Made by a program: the position numbers and the translations under genes. Positions 22,436-35,690 of a DNA stretch of 64,000 bases are shown in pieces. Under the pieces are notes generated by a model, which saw nothing but the letters and a program-made list of their open reading frames with translations, was not told where the DNA came from and did not search any database. The stretch spans positions 24,492,001 through 24,556,000 of the forward strand of contig NC_086109.1 of NCBI RefSeq assembly GCF_963921235.1, in the 5' to 3' direction. This DNA comes from Mobula hypostoma. Taxonomy: Eukaryota. Position 1 is the first letter of the stretch. Each line of letters starts with the position of its first letter.

Positions 22436-25379
22436 TCATTATTCAATTGCAGTATATTAACTGCAACGGCAGTAACATTTACAATCCATCCCTAATTGTC
22501 CTTGAGAAAACTTTGGCCAACAACATGTGTGAAGTTCAGAGTAAGGAGTTCCAGGATTTAGATCCAGTAAAGATAAAAGGTTTGTGATGTAATTCTTGGT
22601 CAGGATGTTGTGCGACTTGAAGAGAAGCCTGCAAGAGTTTCTATGGGTTTACTCTCCTTGTCCTTCTTGGAATTGAAGGAAGCAACTTTGGAAGATGTTG
22701 CTGGTGTAGCCTTGGTATGTTAATACATAGATGGTACTAACACAATCATGATGGATTAAATGACTAGGATGTTAAATATAATACCAGTTTTCTCCTAATA
22801 CCAATGATCAACTGTTTGCGTTATTGGAGATGCATTTAGTCACATAAGTGGACTGTATTCCACCACACACCTAAGTTGTGCTTTATACTCAGTAGAAAGA
22901 CCATGGGGAGTCAGGAAGCAAGACATTTTCCCCAGGACACCCAGTCTCTGATCTACTTTTGTGGCAACAGCATTTCTGTTGCGGCTGCTTAAATTGGGTG
23001 CCCTAATTACCATCTCTGTGTTACACTGCACTGAAATTCTCAGCTATTCCCTTGGACTTTGTTGTAAAGAAAAAAAAATCACTCCCTTGAGGAAATTCTG
23101 CCCTTGGTCTGCTTTTAAAGAAAACCTACTTTAGATTGCATTGATAGAAAGGTTTGAAGGTTGGCAAGGGGCTTGGCTCCATCAAAACTTTTGTTTAATC
23201 ATTTCCTGCTGCATTCTTCAGTTTCTTCCCCACCAGCTACCAGAGGTGAAATGAGGCTTTAAACAGATCATGGACATGAAACCTGCCATGTCAGACAGGC
23301 TTCATCAAATGGCAATAGTTGCTCAAGAAATTTCTATTGGTGCACTTTTCTAGCATGTTGATTGGCTATGGCAGTACTATGACAACATCGATGTCACCTT
23401 CAACCTCCTTGAGCCTTTTGCTCAGATTTATTGGTTTGCTTGTCATGCATCAAAGCCATCTGTCAAATGAATATCGGCATAGCAGAATCTATCATTTTCC
23501 ATCAGCTTCTATGGGTCCTCTTTCCTCTCCACTCTCAATTCTGATGCAAGGTCTCAGCCCAAGTTGTCGACCATCCGTTTCCCTCCACAGATGGTGCCTC
23601 TCCTGCTGACTTCCTCCAGCAGTTTGTTTTTACTCTTCCCACTTCTCCAGGTCGCAACAGACAATGCAAAACCTCTGGGTGCGCATGTGTCTTGAGCTCA
23701 GTTTCAATCCTTATATCGTGTTCAGATTTTGTCCGTTCTCAGCACCAACCCTCATCCTTTGCGCTACTTTGAAGAAGCAGAACGTATGACCACTAGATCA
23801 CAAAACTGTTCATATACTCTCCAAGATTATGGAAGATGTCCAGGGAGGTTGAGTCATCTGCTCTTCCCAATAGTCAACACGGATGAACTAGGTTGAGCAG
23901 GCCATTCTATGCTGCAAGTCTCTAAAAAAGCTTAGAAAAACCCAGCTTTTAAGGCTTTTCAATCACCTGGTTTTCTTTCTCCCATCATGATTCACAACCT
24001 GATGCCGTATCAATTGTCATTTCTTCTCCATCACTAAATGAAGCATTTGAGCCGTGCTAGTGTTAAAGTTATTTTAAGTGCCGTTGTTATTGGAAAAATT
24101 AGTAAAAACTTCCTGATGAAGAATTAATAAACATATTTTTCTAATACTATCATGAACCATATTACATATTAAACACACCAGGTTCCAGAGTTAGTTTGTA
24201 CTGAATTTAACCAACCTTGATTATTTCATAGTGTGAATATTACACGGCATGAAATATAAGAAAAAGATTCCTGATCTTGTCTGCTTTTTAATAAACACTG
24301 TTTAAAAATGAGCTTGGGCTCTGTTTTGATAAACCCTCATGATTAAAATGTCCCTTGATTCAAATGCCCTGATTGTTACTGCCCAAGAACATGGATAAAG
24401 AATAGTTACCTGGATGAGCCAGATCCCAGGTGAGCAGAACTCACCTGTGGGCTAGATGTTTCCTCTAAAGTATTGAGGGACTTGTGAAAATTTTTATAAG
24501 ATTCTGTAAAACAAAACAGATTTAAAAAAAATTTAACATCAACCATCAGTGTGGGATAAAAATCCCAAACATTAAAATAAAATGGGTGTGAGCAAGAATA
24601 TTTAAAGACAAAAAGTGAGACAATATTTTCATCTGAAATTATCCACATTCATATTCTGTGGAGTGTGTCACTGAACAGTGAAGATGGACATACAATTATG
24701 CTCACTTGTTGTATATTAATATAGATTCTTGACATCTTTCATAGACCTCAGGCTGTCATCTTTTTGTCTGCCTTAATTGAAAATTAATGGTTAGTGTGTT
24801 GCCATGGTAATAAAGTCATTGGTCGCAAATAGTGCTCACATTTCAAGAAGGCACCAGTGGCATTGTTTGTCCTGGGTGACCTTGGAAGTTCAGAGATATT
24901 GAAGGAGAAACGGGGGTTGAATATTGCCAATCCAAGCAAGACATGAAAAAAAAAACTTATTGCGTGTTGTGTATAGAAAAATAAAATGAATGTGTCAAGG
25001 CAGGGAGAAGGAGAATTATACTTGAGTACAAAGCAGAAAAGTTTCATCTTTTCATTTGATTCTGTCTATAGACTCTGAGAGATTGGAAGTTATGATGTTG
25101 CAGTAGGGTGAATTATACCTTCATAATACAAACTGCAGCACAAGAAACAAGTGTCGCACAACAGATGATAGGAGCTGATTGCTGCTTTGTCCCAGTGAAA
25201 GAGTTATCTGAACTAGGGCATCAATTTGGGTCGGACAAAAGGGAAAAGGATTTAAAAATATAACAGTAAGATGTGGCCGAACAAAAGCATCACAGAGTTA
25301 AGAAAATAAGATAGGGAATTGGTTAGCTGAAAGGGAGGTGGGAGAAAAGGGATAGCAATGCTCAAAGCCATAAGCACAG

Positions 25380-25940
25380 ATACATGCATCCTCACACAAA
25401 TATATATGTAGCCACACACAAAGAAATGGCACATAAGTACCTCCGCAATAGTAAGGCAGCGCAATTCATATAGAGACAAGTGCTTTACAGACAGGCATGG
25501 ACACTTCAATTCCTGCAGATATGCACACAGAGCAAACTGACGAGCACACAGATGGATTCACGCACACAAGCACAAAATGCACATCCACGTAACATGCCTA
25601 TCAATAGATATAAAAATAAGAGACCTGAACTCAAGTGCAAAGCACAAATATACATAACACAGACTCAAAGTACATACACCATGCACACACAGTAAAATAC
25701 AAAAGGACAGATGCATACAGATAAACTATGAAAATACACATACACTTACAAACGATACACAAATACTGATATAGGTACAGTATATGAATCGAGACATGCA
25801 CAGGTGAACACACACTCATGCATGTATGCACAAAACACACACACGTGCACAAGGCACACTTGCATAGACCCAATCAGAAAGGCAAAAAGCACATACACAT
25901 GCTTATTCGGGTAAGTGTACTAGCACATACACTGAAAGTA
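25380..25940. repeat. Decayed CA/TA-rich low-complexity tract
   Basis: Dense cacaca/tacaca/gcacac runs with no clean period. Confidence 0.6.
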
Positions 25941-26779
25941 CACAAACTCTTGCAGCTCAGAGGCAGTCTGCAAGTATCAGGACTCCAGACTGACATTTTT
26001 AGTTATTTGATAAATTCACAAACTCAGCAAACTCAAGATCTCCCCGGACTTGGGCTGGATTTTTTTTTTTTGAGAGTCCATCAGAAAAATCAATGCTTGG
26101 TTGATTTTAGATTTAGTGTAAATTAACTGACAAAAAAGGATTCATCTAGAGACAGAGGGCTGAGGTTACAATACTTAGCAGGTCAGGAATCTGAGAGTTT
26201 CTCTTCCGACTGGAGAGGGAGGGAAGCAAAAGCAGGAACTGGACAAAGAGAATTCCTAAGCAATGGGGTTGAGGGATCGGAGGAATCTGTGAGCACAAAG
26301 CCACAAGCCGACCTCCTGCAGACCAGAATGGTTATGTGTTGCTTGTTATGTTGTGGACAGCAGAGGGAATTAAAACTGCTAAAACCCAGCTAGATTAGGA
26401 ACCATCAAGAGAGAGTGTGCCATCTAGCTCTGCTAATCACTAACATTACCTTCCCTACCCAACAGATCTCATATTTGTTTAAAAATCAATTCCACGTCCA
26501 ATTTTATTGCAGGTTACTGCCCACAAGATCGTAACTAAGCCCGGAGTTCGGACATCCATTTTAAATACCATAAAGCTTTTGAGTCTCTAGGCTATTCTGT
26601 GCACCTTGTTTTATTGGTTTTCCATCAGTGAGCTCACAATTCTAATAAAGTTATCAATGGAGGGAATAGAAAGGCCAGGGAGATTATTTCCAAGATATAT
26701 GGGGAAAAAGAGATGTTTCTCTGAATCACCATGTTGCCAAAACATTCTCTTTAGCTTCTTTAGCCAGAGTGAAGGGTGA

Positions 26780-26992
26780 GTGTGTGGAATTCCTTGCCAC
26801 AGACAGCTATAGAAGCCGAATCATTGTATGCATTTAAAGCGGAGGTTGATAGGTTCTTGAGTTGTAAGGGCATCACAGGGAGAAGGCAGGAGAATGGGGT
26901 TGAGGGGATAATAAATCAGCCATGATAGAATGGCAGAGCAGACTCAATGGATCAATTGGCCTAAACCTGCTCCTATGTTTTATGGTCTTATA
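26780..26992 (+). mobile_element. CR1 LINE 3' end
   Basis: tgtggaattccttgccacag..tttaaagcggaggttgatagg; tail tatggtcttat. Confidence 0.8.
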
Positions 26993-27199
26993 GCATTTTT
27001 CCCAAGCTCCTCTTCTCCAATGGTGTAAAGAAGTTAAAGAGGAAAAGATGATGAAAACTTCTTTTTTTGGGAGAAAAAGAGCTAAAACATAAGTGAGAAG
27101 AGCAAGAATAAACCTATAGTTCCTTAGCTTGTCCTATCAGTCATGACATCAATGGTGTTCTGATCTTGGCCTGAATTTCATTTTCTGAACATTCCTAAT

Positions 27200-28070
27200 A
27201 ACTTTTGGCTCCTTTGAAGATTTTTTTTCTATGTTTTCAATTGTTTCAGCCTCCACAGCTCTTCGGAGGAGGAGGTTGTACAGAATTTCAAAACTGCATA
27301 AACCCTTTGAGAGAAGAAGTTTCTCTTCACCTTTGCCTTTAACTGGTTACCCCTTACTTTGTGTCCATGCCTCTAATTGTATAAACTCCACAATGGAAAC
27401 CATCGTCCTACCTTCTGTCCTATCAAATCCCCTTAACATCTCATGTTTCAATAAGATCTCTTTTCATTATTCTCAGTTTCAATGAGGAGAGGTAAAAACC
27501 AATTCAACATTTTCTCATAAGATCTTTCCTTCACCCCAGATTTTACCTAGTGAGTTTTCTTTGAATTGTATTAATACAAGTATATCCATTATGAAAAGGA
27601 GAACAAAACTTAGACCTGTTCTCAGATATGATCTCACCAGCATCCTATATACTTAATTGCAGGATTCCCTTCTTTTATAATTTATTCCCGTTGGCATTAA
27701 GGCCAACAACTTAACTTTATCAATTGAACAATAACATAACTTATCAATATCCTTTTGCAGACTCTTTCTGTCTCCTTCACAATTTGTTTTACTACCCATT
27801 TTTATCACTAGTTGAATTTAGTACCATACACTTAGTTGCTTGTGGAAGTCACTAATATAAATTGTAAATAGTTGAGGACCCAGCACCCTACTGGCTAAGT
27901 GTACAAACCTAAAACCAAAATATTGATACTGATCTGTATTTTCTATATGTTCATCAATTCTTCATCCGTGGCCATGAGCTCTCATCTTGTGTAGTAATCT
28001 TCAATGCTCACCTTATCAAATGCCTTCTGAAAATCCATTTACAGATTCTTTTTCATCTATCCTACCTATC
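27200..28070 (-). mobile_element. Old CR1 LINE fragments
   Basis: Degenerate similarity to 13800-14950, for example caccttatcaaatgccttctgaaaatcc. Confidence 0.55.
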
Positions 28071-28369
28071 ACATATTCAAGGAAGACCAAAATAGTCAAA
28101 AGGAACAAAGAGCTGGAATGTAGAAACTACCGGAAGAAAAATAGAGATAGGTGTTTCTCTGTTATGCACACAAGGTGCAGATGTCACTGGCAAGGTTGGC
28201 ATTCAATCTCTGTACCAAAGTGCCTTTGAGAAAATCATTGTGAGCTGTCTTTTCAACTACTGCAGTCCTGGTTGTGAAGGTACCCCACAGTGCTGTAATA
28301 TAGGAACAATTAATCAGTAACATGATATCACTTAACTTGAAAAGAAATTCCCAAGTTGTTATGTTCTTA

Positions 28370-28482
28370 TCCCTCTTCCTTCAGTTAGTCCTGACGAAGG
28401 GTCTCGGCCTGAAACGTCGACTGCACCTCTTCCTATAGATGCTGCTTGGCCTGCTGCGTTCACCAGCAACTTTGATGTGTGT
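28370..28482 (+). mobile_element. Isolated PLE 3' end
   Basis: Near-identical to 37548-37657. Confidence 0.85.
28386..28423 (+). ncRNA. Minimal type I hammerhead ribozyme, intact core
   Basis: UAGUC-CUGACGA-AGG(gucucgg)CCU-GAAA-C-GUC^GACUG; predicted cleavage after 28418. Confidence 0.8.
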
Positions 28483-29721
28483 TCTTATACGTTTTGTTCT
28501 TACATCATTTTTATTATTGTGTGTTGCAGTGTACTGCTGCCACATAACAACAAATTTCACAAGTGCCAGCGATATTAAACCTGATTCTGATTGCTGCCAT
28601 TTTTCTTGGTGTAGGTTTGAGAGATTTGGGAGGAGTATTTAAAAAGCTCTTAGATTGGCACATGGATGTTCCACACTTTGATAATAAATGTGCTTAAAAC
28701 TTTGTAGGAGGGAAGAGTTGGATTGACCTTGGAGTATGCTTAAAAAGTCTCCACAACATCGGGGACCAAGGGGCCTGTACTATGCTGTGATGTTTATGTT
28801 CTACGTTCTATCAGGCTGCTTTGGTAGGGTAGTTTGCTCTACCACGTGCATGGCACACAGAGAGGATGTAGTGTACCAGTGGGTGGATGGAGTAAATGTT
28901 TAGGATTGTAGAATGGCCGATGATAAAACAGGCTACTTTATTCTGCCTGTGTAAAGCAGGTACAATGTTAATGGTGCTGCACACATTCAGGAACGTGGAA
29001 ATTATTCCAGCACAATCCTAATTTATCTCTTGTAAATGGTGCAAAGATGTTAGGGTGGTATTAGAAGTTGAATCACCTACCATGGGATACTCATTTCCGA
29101 TTTTCTGTCATAGCCAGAGTAATTAGATACTTGGTTCAGTTAAATTTCTTGGAATAGTGACAACCAGCATGTTGATGGTAGGGAACTCAGTAATGATAAT
29201 GCCATTGAATATCAAGGATAGGTGGTCTGACTCTTACATGTAACCAGTATTCAGACCCCACATGATAAACTAGTCAATTTAATTAATATGATAAAACTTC
29301 ATTTTGTCAGAGTCCAGTTCTTTTGTGATGCTGATCTTCTGTCTTGCTTATTGATATCTGTCATCCAGAAAGCAACTGAAACTCTTTCCACCACGTGCTA
29401 TTGCACTGAACCTGTTGGGTAACACTATGGGTGATTGGAGATCAGAGCTATCCCCTGCAGTGACAATTAGTGGCGCCGTACAGGGAGGGAAGAGATTATA
29501 ATGAGGCCCATGGGATTTTGTGAAGTAAGGGAGAGCCCATTACCACCATACTGAGGTGGTGATGTCTCATTTCAAGAATTTGGATAAAGTCAGTACTTCC
29601 TAGCTTGTCTGCCTGGATTATAGCATCTATTGTGCCTTATGTTGACTTGCAATGTGGCAGGAATGATTATTTCTCAACCTTATGATGATGATGAAGAGGA
29701 GAAAGATGGTACCCCATACTA

Positions 29722-29922
29722 CACATCAGTGGTGCAATGGCATCCACATTAGCCTTTGAGGCAAGTAGTCCTGGGTTCGAATCCAGCCAGCTTCTTGCAC
29801 TCTTTCCATCCGTGCTGGGTGGAGCATCCAGCTAGGAACTCGGCCTCAAAGAAAACAGACAAAAATGCGGAATAAATGGCAAGGTTGCTGTCTGATGAGC
29901 CACAAGACATGGAAAGGAGCAA
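29722..29922 (+). mobile_element. tRNA-derived SINE
   Basis: A box gtggtgcaatgg, B box ggttcgaatcc, followed by ~140 nt of body and tail. Confidence 0.6.
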
Positions 29923-30859
29923 GAATATCACACATCAGAAGGGCATTGAACAAGGAGTTGGGCTGGATGGACTGCAACGTGCAGCTAAGGGAGATTAGGC
30001 CCAAGTGATTGAGTGTGTACAATAAACATGGCTTAGAAGATAAAAGTCCTTCAGTTCGGTAGCACACTAGACTTACACGGAGTGCTTTTCGAAGGAGTGA
30101 AACCTTCACATTTCAACATCAGTGCTGGTAGGCAGCAGCTAGGGAAATTAAGGTTTGTTTTCATTCACTCATGACATGTGGACACTAATGGCAAGGCTAG
30201 CATTTAGTTTGCATCCTTGTTTGGCCCTTGCTACTTCACTTGAGAGTTAAAGGGCAACATTAGTAGGGAGAGATCACGTGCTGATCAGACTGAGTAAGGA
30301 TAACAGACTTTCTACCATGAAGGCCATTTGCAAGTCAGAAAAGTTATTTTGCAGCAATTCGGTATGTTCAGGATTACCATTACTAACAATATGTTTTAGC
30401 TCCTCTTTAATTGTATGAATTAGGCTGGATCTGAATTTATGCGATCTCTCTATGAATCAGGTCCTAACATACTGTTCCAGTAACCTAACCATTATGCCAC
30501 AATAGAAGTGTGATGGATATCATATCCATATACTCTTTCTTTTTGGACTCATAATTTCCAAAGCTTCCAATAATTTCAAATACTAGCCTTTTTGTCTGAA
30601 TAATTGCATTCTGATGAAAGGTTGTTGGGGTGAAATATTAAAAAAGAAAAAGAAAGAGATTAGCATAGTATTTGTATACATGGGTACCTGATGATCAGTG
30701 TTGACTCTGTGAGCTAAAGGACCTGCTTCCAGTTAGTGAAGAGGTTGTGGAGGCAGATGTTGGTTAGACCTCAGACAAAGTTAGGAATCAAAAGGTTGGG
30801 CATGGTGTGACAAAATCAAAAAGGATGAATGTAGGACTGTAGGTAGATGAACCTGCAGA

Positions 30860-31846
30860 GTGGCAGTCATGATGCTGTAGGCATTACTGAATCATGATGA
30901 AAGATTATAGGTGGGAGCTTAATGTTCAAGGATACACATTGTATTGAAAGGATAGGCAGGAAGGCAGAGGGAGCTCTGTTGGTTAAAAAATGAAATCAAA
31001 TCATTAGAAATAGGTGACATAGGGTCAGAAGGTGTGGAATCATTGTGGATAAAGCTAAGGAATGCAAGGGTAAAAAGACGACCCCCCCCCCGCCCCGGCC
31101 CACAAGAGCAATAAGGATGCGGCCTACAAATTACACTAGGGGTTAGAAAATGAATGCTGAAAGGGCAATGTTACAATAGTCATAGGGATTTCAATATGTA
31201 GGTAGACTGAGAAAATTATGTTGGTGCTGGACTACAGGAGGGGAAATTTCTAGAATGCCTATGAGATGGCTTTATACAGCAGATTGTGGTTGAGCCCACT
31301 AGAGAATTGGCTATTCTGGATTGGGTGTTGTGCAATGAACCAGAATTGATTAGAGAGCTGAAGGTAAAAGGACCCTTTGGGGGAAAATTAATTCACCCTG
31401 AAATTTGAGTAGGGGCAGCAGGTGTATCAGTATTACAGTGGACTAAAGGGAATTACAAAGGCATGAAAGAGGAGTTGGCCAGAATTGATTGGAAAAGAAC
31501 ACTGGCAGGGATGATGGCAGAGCAGCAATGGCTGGAATTTCTGGAAGCAATTCAGAAGGCACAGGATATATACTTCCTAAAGAGGAAGAAGTACTCTAAA
31601 GCAGTGGTCCCCAACCACGGGGCCGCGAAGATGTGCTACTGGGCCGCAAGGAAACGATATGATTTGGTGATATGAAAAGATATGAGTCAGCTGCACCTTT
31701 CCTCACTCCCTTTCACGCACTGTTGAACTTGAACACCCACCCCCCTCCCCCCATCAACCGGTCCGCAAGAATATTGTCAATATTAAACCGGTCAGCGGTG
31801 CAAAAAAGGTGAGAGTGGATATCGGACAACTGGAAAACAATGCTGT
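30860..31846 (+). mobile_element. CR1 LINE endonuclease-region fragment
   Basis: Homologous to 33755-34600 (GDFN motif, AILDWVLCNEPELIREL, MKEELARIDW). Confidence 0.85.
31602..31810 (+). mobile_element. hAT/Charlie-type MITE, right TIR truncated
   Basis: Begins cagtggtccccaacc after the 8-mer ctctaaag; ends gcggtgcaaaaaaggt without the expected tggggaccactg. Confidence 0.6.
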
Positions 31847-34800
31847 GCGATTTTTATTGAGGTGGATTGGCTCTGCAGCCTAAAGTCAATGAATGGCACA
31901 ACACTAGATTTAACTGAACTGAATATTTCTACACTGTTTCAATTACTCAATGTTTGATGTTTTATATTCTGTATTTTTCGTTTTTTTTGTCATTTGCCTG
32001 ATTTTTGTTGGGTGTTTGATGATTTTTTTTGAACGGGTTCCATGGTGTTTCTTTGTTTCGTGGCTGCCTGTGGGAAAACAAATCTCAAGGTTGTATTTCA
32101 CATAAATACTTTGATAATAGATGTTCTTTGAAGACATTTCACCACATCCATGACAACTTGCACCAAAGAAAGGACAAGACAAGCAGATTTACAGGAGAAC
32201 CATTCAAGTCCCTTTCTATGTTGCACAGCAACCTGACTGGAGCTTTATTGCTCATTCTTCTTTGTCACGAGGTATAAACCCTGAAACTAACACCCCCCAC
32301 CCCCAAATAGCATTGTGGTAGTAAATTCCAATAATTTCACATATTAGCTTTTAAGCAGCGAATGGCAGCAATTTGAAAAGCTGGCTCAACAGCATTCTTG
32401 CAAGAACAACTAGAAACAGACACTAAGTGGTGGATATGCCACTGACTACCGCACGCAGAAACATGAACATAGACGTAAAACTGCGATAAGCCTAAAGAAC
32501 AGGGGGTGGGAATTCTTGCCAATGATGCCAGCATTGTGAACAAATAGATATCAGATGACTCTGCTGAAAGAACAGGTTTGTTGGTTTAATTGGTCTTTGA
32601 TCCTAAAGACCCGTCAATTCTGCTGAAATATTTCCATCCTTCCAACCTTACCCATTCAACGCACCTTGTGGTTTTCTCTGCATAAATTACACAAACAGGG
32701 ATCTTGTTCCCTTTCCAGCTGCAATGGAACCTGTCTAGCATCTACAGATATAAAAAAAAAAATGAAAGAAAATAAAATTACAAATATATAATGATGGGTT
32801 TAAAAGGTTGGAAAAAATAGCTAGAATTAAAATGTGATAATTTAATGATTTGGGGAATAAATGGTTTCCAATATAATACCTGTGTAGTTCAGTTGAGCCC
32901 AGGCTGTCCCGGGATTATTGAGTGTAATTACCACTTTAACTGAAATTCCATTTGACAGCCAGTCACAATACTGACCTAACAGTCTGATACCTGACAGACA
33001 AATTACAGCTCTCATATTGAAAAGCAAGTGCGGCTCTTGATTTTACTGTTAAAAAAACAGTTTCACTCTGTCAGAAACATAAATGGAATAATTTACATTT
33101 AGATATAAAAAAGAGACAATCTTAGGCGCATATTTTCTCTTCTTGTGTGACTTGCCACTTGATTTGCATAAAACTAGAGATTAATGACAATAAATCACCC
33201 AGTGCCCGAAATGTGTCAGTGTGGTGCCTGACATCTTACTATGCTGCACAGGGCAGGAAATAGCCAGCATCAGCAGAGATTCTGGCCAAGTGAGCCAGCT
33301 AGAATTGATCCTATGTAGAGTCTGGGTGTGGAGACGATTGGGCTCTTGTGCATCCATCAAGCTGTTGGACAACACTCGTCGTGATGGCTTTATGGCGACA
33401 TATGAGGAGCAATCAATAGCTCACAATTATCATTTGGCAAATCATAGTTGGGGCGGGGGGAGAAGATGAAAGAAAATTAACTTGTAGCAGCTGGAACAAA
33501 ACTTAAAGTTATTAGATGATATACAATAGGGAAGTCAGTGCATCTGATGCACTCACCAATAGCCAATGAACCACAAGATTTTTTTCACCGAGACATTTAA
33601 TTGGGCATCCCCTCTTGTCCAGAATGTAAATAGTACTGAACGGAGACTCCCCTTTCACCTTTGTGTAGGGCCCTGTCTTGCCACATGTTGAAAAGCTTCA
33701 GGCAAGAGGGGCATATGGGGGAAGTCAAACCTACTGAACACCCTCTACGTGCAATGCGTGGAGTTAAGAAACTACAAGGGTAAAAAAAGATTATGGGAAT
33801 CATAAATAAGCCTCCAAGTAGTAGCTAAAATGTGGGGTTAGGATTGCAAAGACACAAAGACAGCAGGAAAGGGCGTTTGATAAGAGTAATATCACAATTG
33901 TAATGGGGGACTTCAATATGCAAGGGGATTGGGAAAATCTGGAGAGGAATTTGTTGAACGCCTATGGGATTGCTTTTCAGAGCAGCTTGTGCTGGAGCCT
34001 ACCTGGGGAAAGGCTATCTTAGATTGGGTTTTGTGTAATAACCCAGATCTTATTTGGGAGCTTAATGTAAAGGAACCTTCAGGAGACAGTGATCATAATA
34101 TGATTGAATTCATACCACAATTTGAGAGGGAGAAGCATAAATCACATGTAACAGTATTGCAAAGAAATAAAGGGAATTACAGAGGCATGAGAGAGGAGCT
34201 TTCCCAGGAGGATTGGAGGGGGATACTGGTGGGGATGATGGCAAAACATAGGCGGTTGAAGTTTCTGGGAGTAGTTCACAAGACACAGGATAGATAGGCC
34301 CCACAGAAGAAGTTGTTCTCAAATGACAGGGGTAGGCAACTGTGGCCGTCAAGGGAAGTTAAGGACTGCACAAAAGCCAGGGAAAGGGCATATAATGTAG
34401 CAAAAGTGAGTGGGAAGTTGGATGATTGGGAGATTTTTAAAATCCAACAAAAGGCAACTAAAAAAACTATAAGAATGGAAAAGATTAGATATGAGGGTAA
34501 ACTAGCCGGTAATATAAAGCAGGACACTAGATTTTTTTTCAGCTATATAAAGAATAAAATGGAGGTCAGAGCTGGTATTGGACCACTGGAAAATGGTAGT
34601 AATGGGGGACAATGATAGATGAACCTTTTAAGTACATTGCTTCAGTCTTTACTGTGGAAGACACTAGCTGTATGCCAGTGGTCTGTGAGTGTCAGGGAGC
34701 AGAAGTGAGTACCATTGCAATTACAAAGGAAAAATTGCTAGGCAAGCTCAAAGATCTTAAGGTGGAAAAGTCATGTGGGCCAGATGGACTACATCCCAGA

Positions 34801-35690
34801 GTCCTGAGAGAGGTCGTTGAAGAGATAACGAATGCATTGGTCACGATCTTTCAAGAATGACTTGATTCTGGCATGGTCCTGGAGGACTGGAAAATTGCAA
34901 ATGTCACTCCACTCTTTAAGAAGGGAGGAGGACAAAAGAAAGGAAATTATAGGCCAGCTACCCTAACCTCAGTGGTTGGGAAAGTGTTGTAGTCCATTAT
35001 TAAGGACGAGATTTCAGGATACTTGGAGACTAATGATCAAATAAGTCAAAGTCAGCATGGTTTCTGTAAAGAGAAATCTTGCCTGACAAATCTTTTGGAA
35101 TTCTTCGAAGAAGTGACAAATAGGGTGGACAAAAGAAAGGCAGTGGATGTCATTTACTTAGATTTTTTGAAGGCATTTGATAAGGTGCCTCACATTAGGC
35201 TGCTTAACAAGTTAAAATCTTATGGTATTACAGGAAATATACTGACATGGACAGAGGAATGGCTGACAGGCAGGGGGGACCAAGTGGGAATAAAGAGGGC
35301 TTTTCTGGCTGGCTGTCAGTGAATAGAGTTTTCCTCTGGGGTCAGTATTGGAATTGCTACTTTTTATGTTGTTTGTTAATGATTTAGATAATGGAATTGA
35401 TGGCATTGTGGATGATACGAAGAAAGGTGGAGGGGTAGCTAGTGCTGAGGGAGCAATGCAATTGCAGCGCAGGATTTAGATAAGTTGGAAGACTGGGGAA
35501 AAAAGTGGCATATGTTCGGAAATGTATGACAATACATGTTGGTAAAAGAAAGAATAGTGCACAATATTATCTAAATGGGGAGAAAATTCAAACGGCAGAC
35601 GTTCAAAGGGACTTGGGAGTCTTTGTACAAGACTCCTAGAAAATTAATTTACACGTTGAATCTGTGGTAAAGAAGGCAAATGCAATGTTG

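Noticed and set aside
25252..26126. His/Thr/Cys-rich ORFs
   Set aside because: Products of the CA/TG low-complexity tract.
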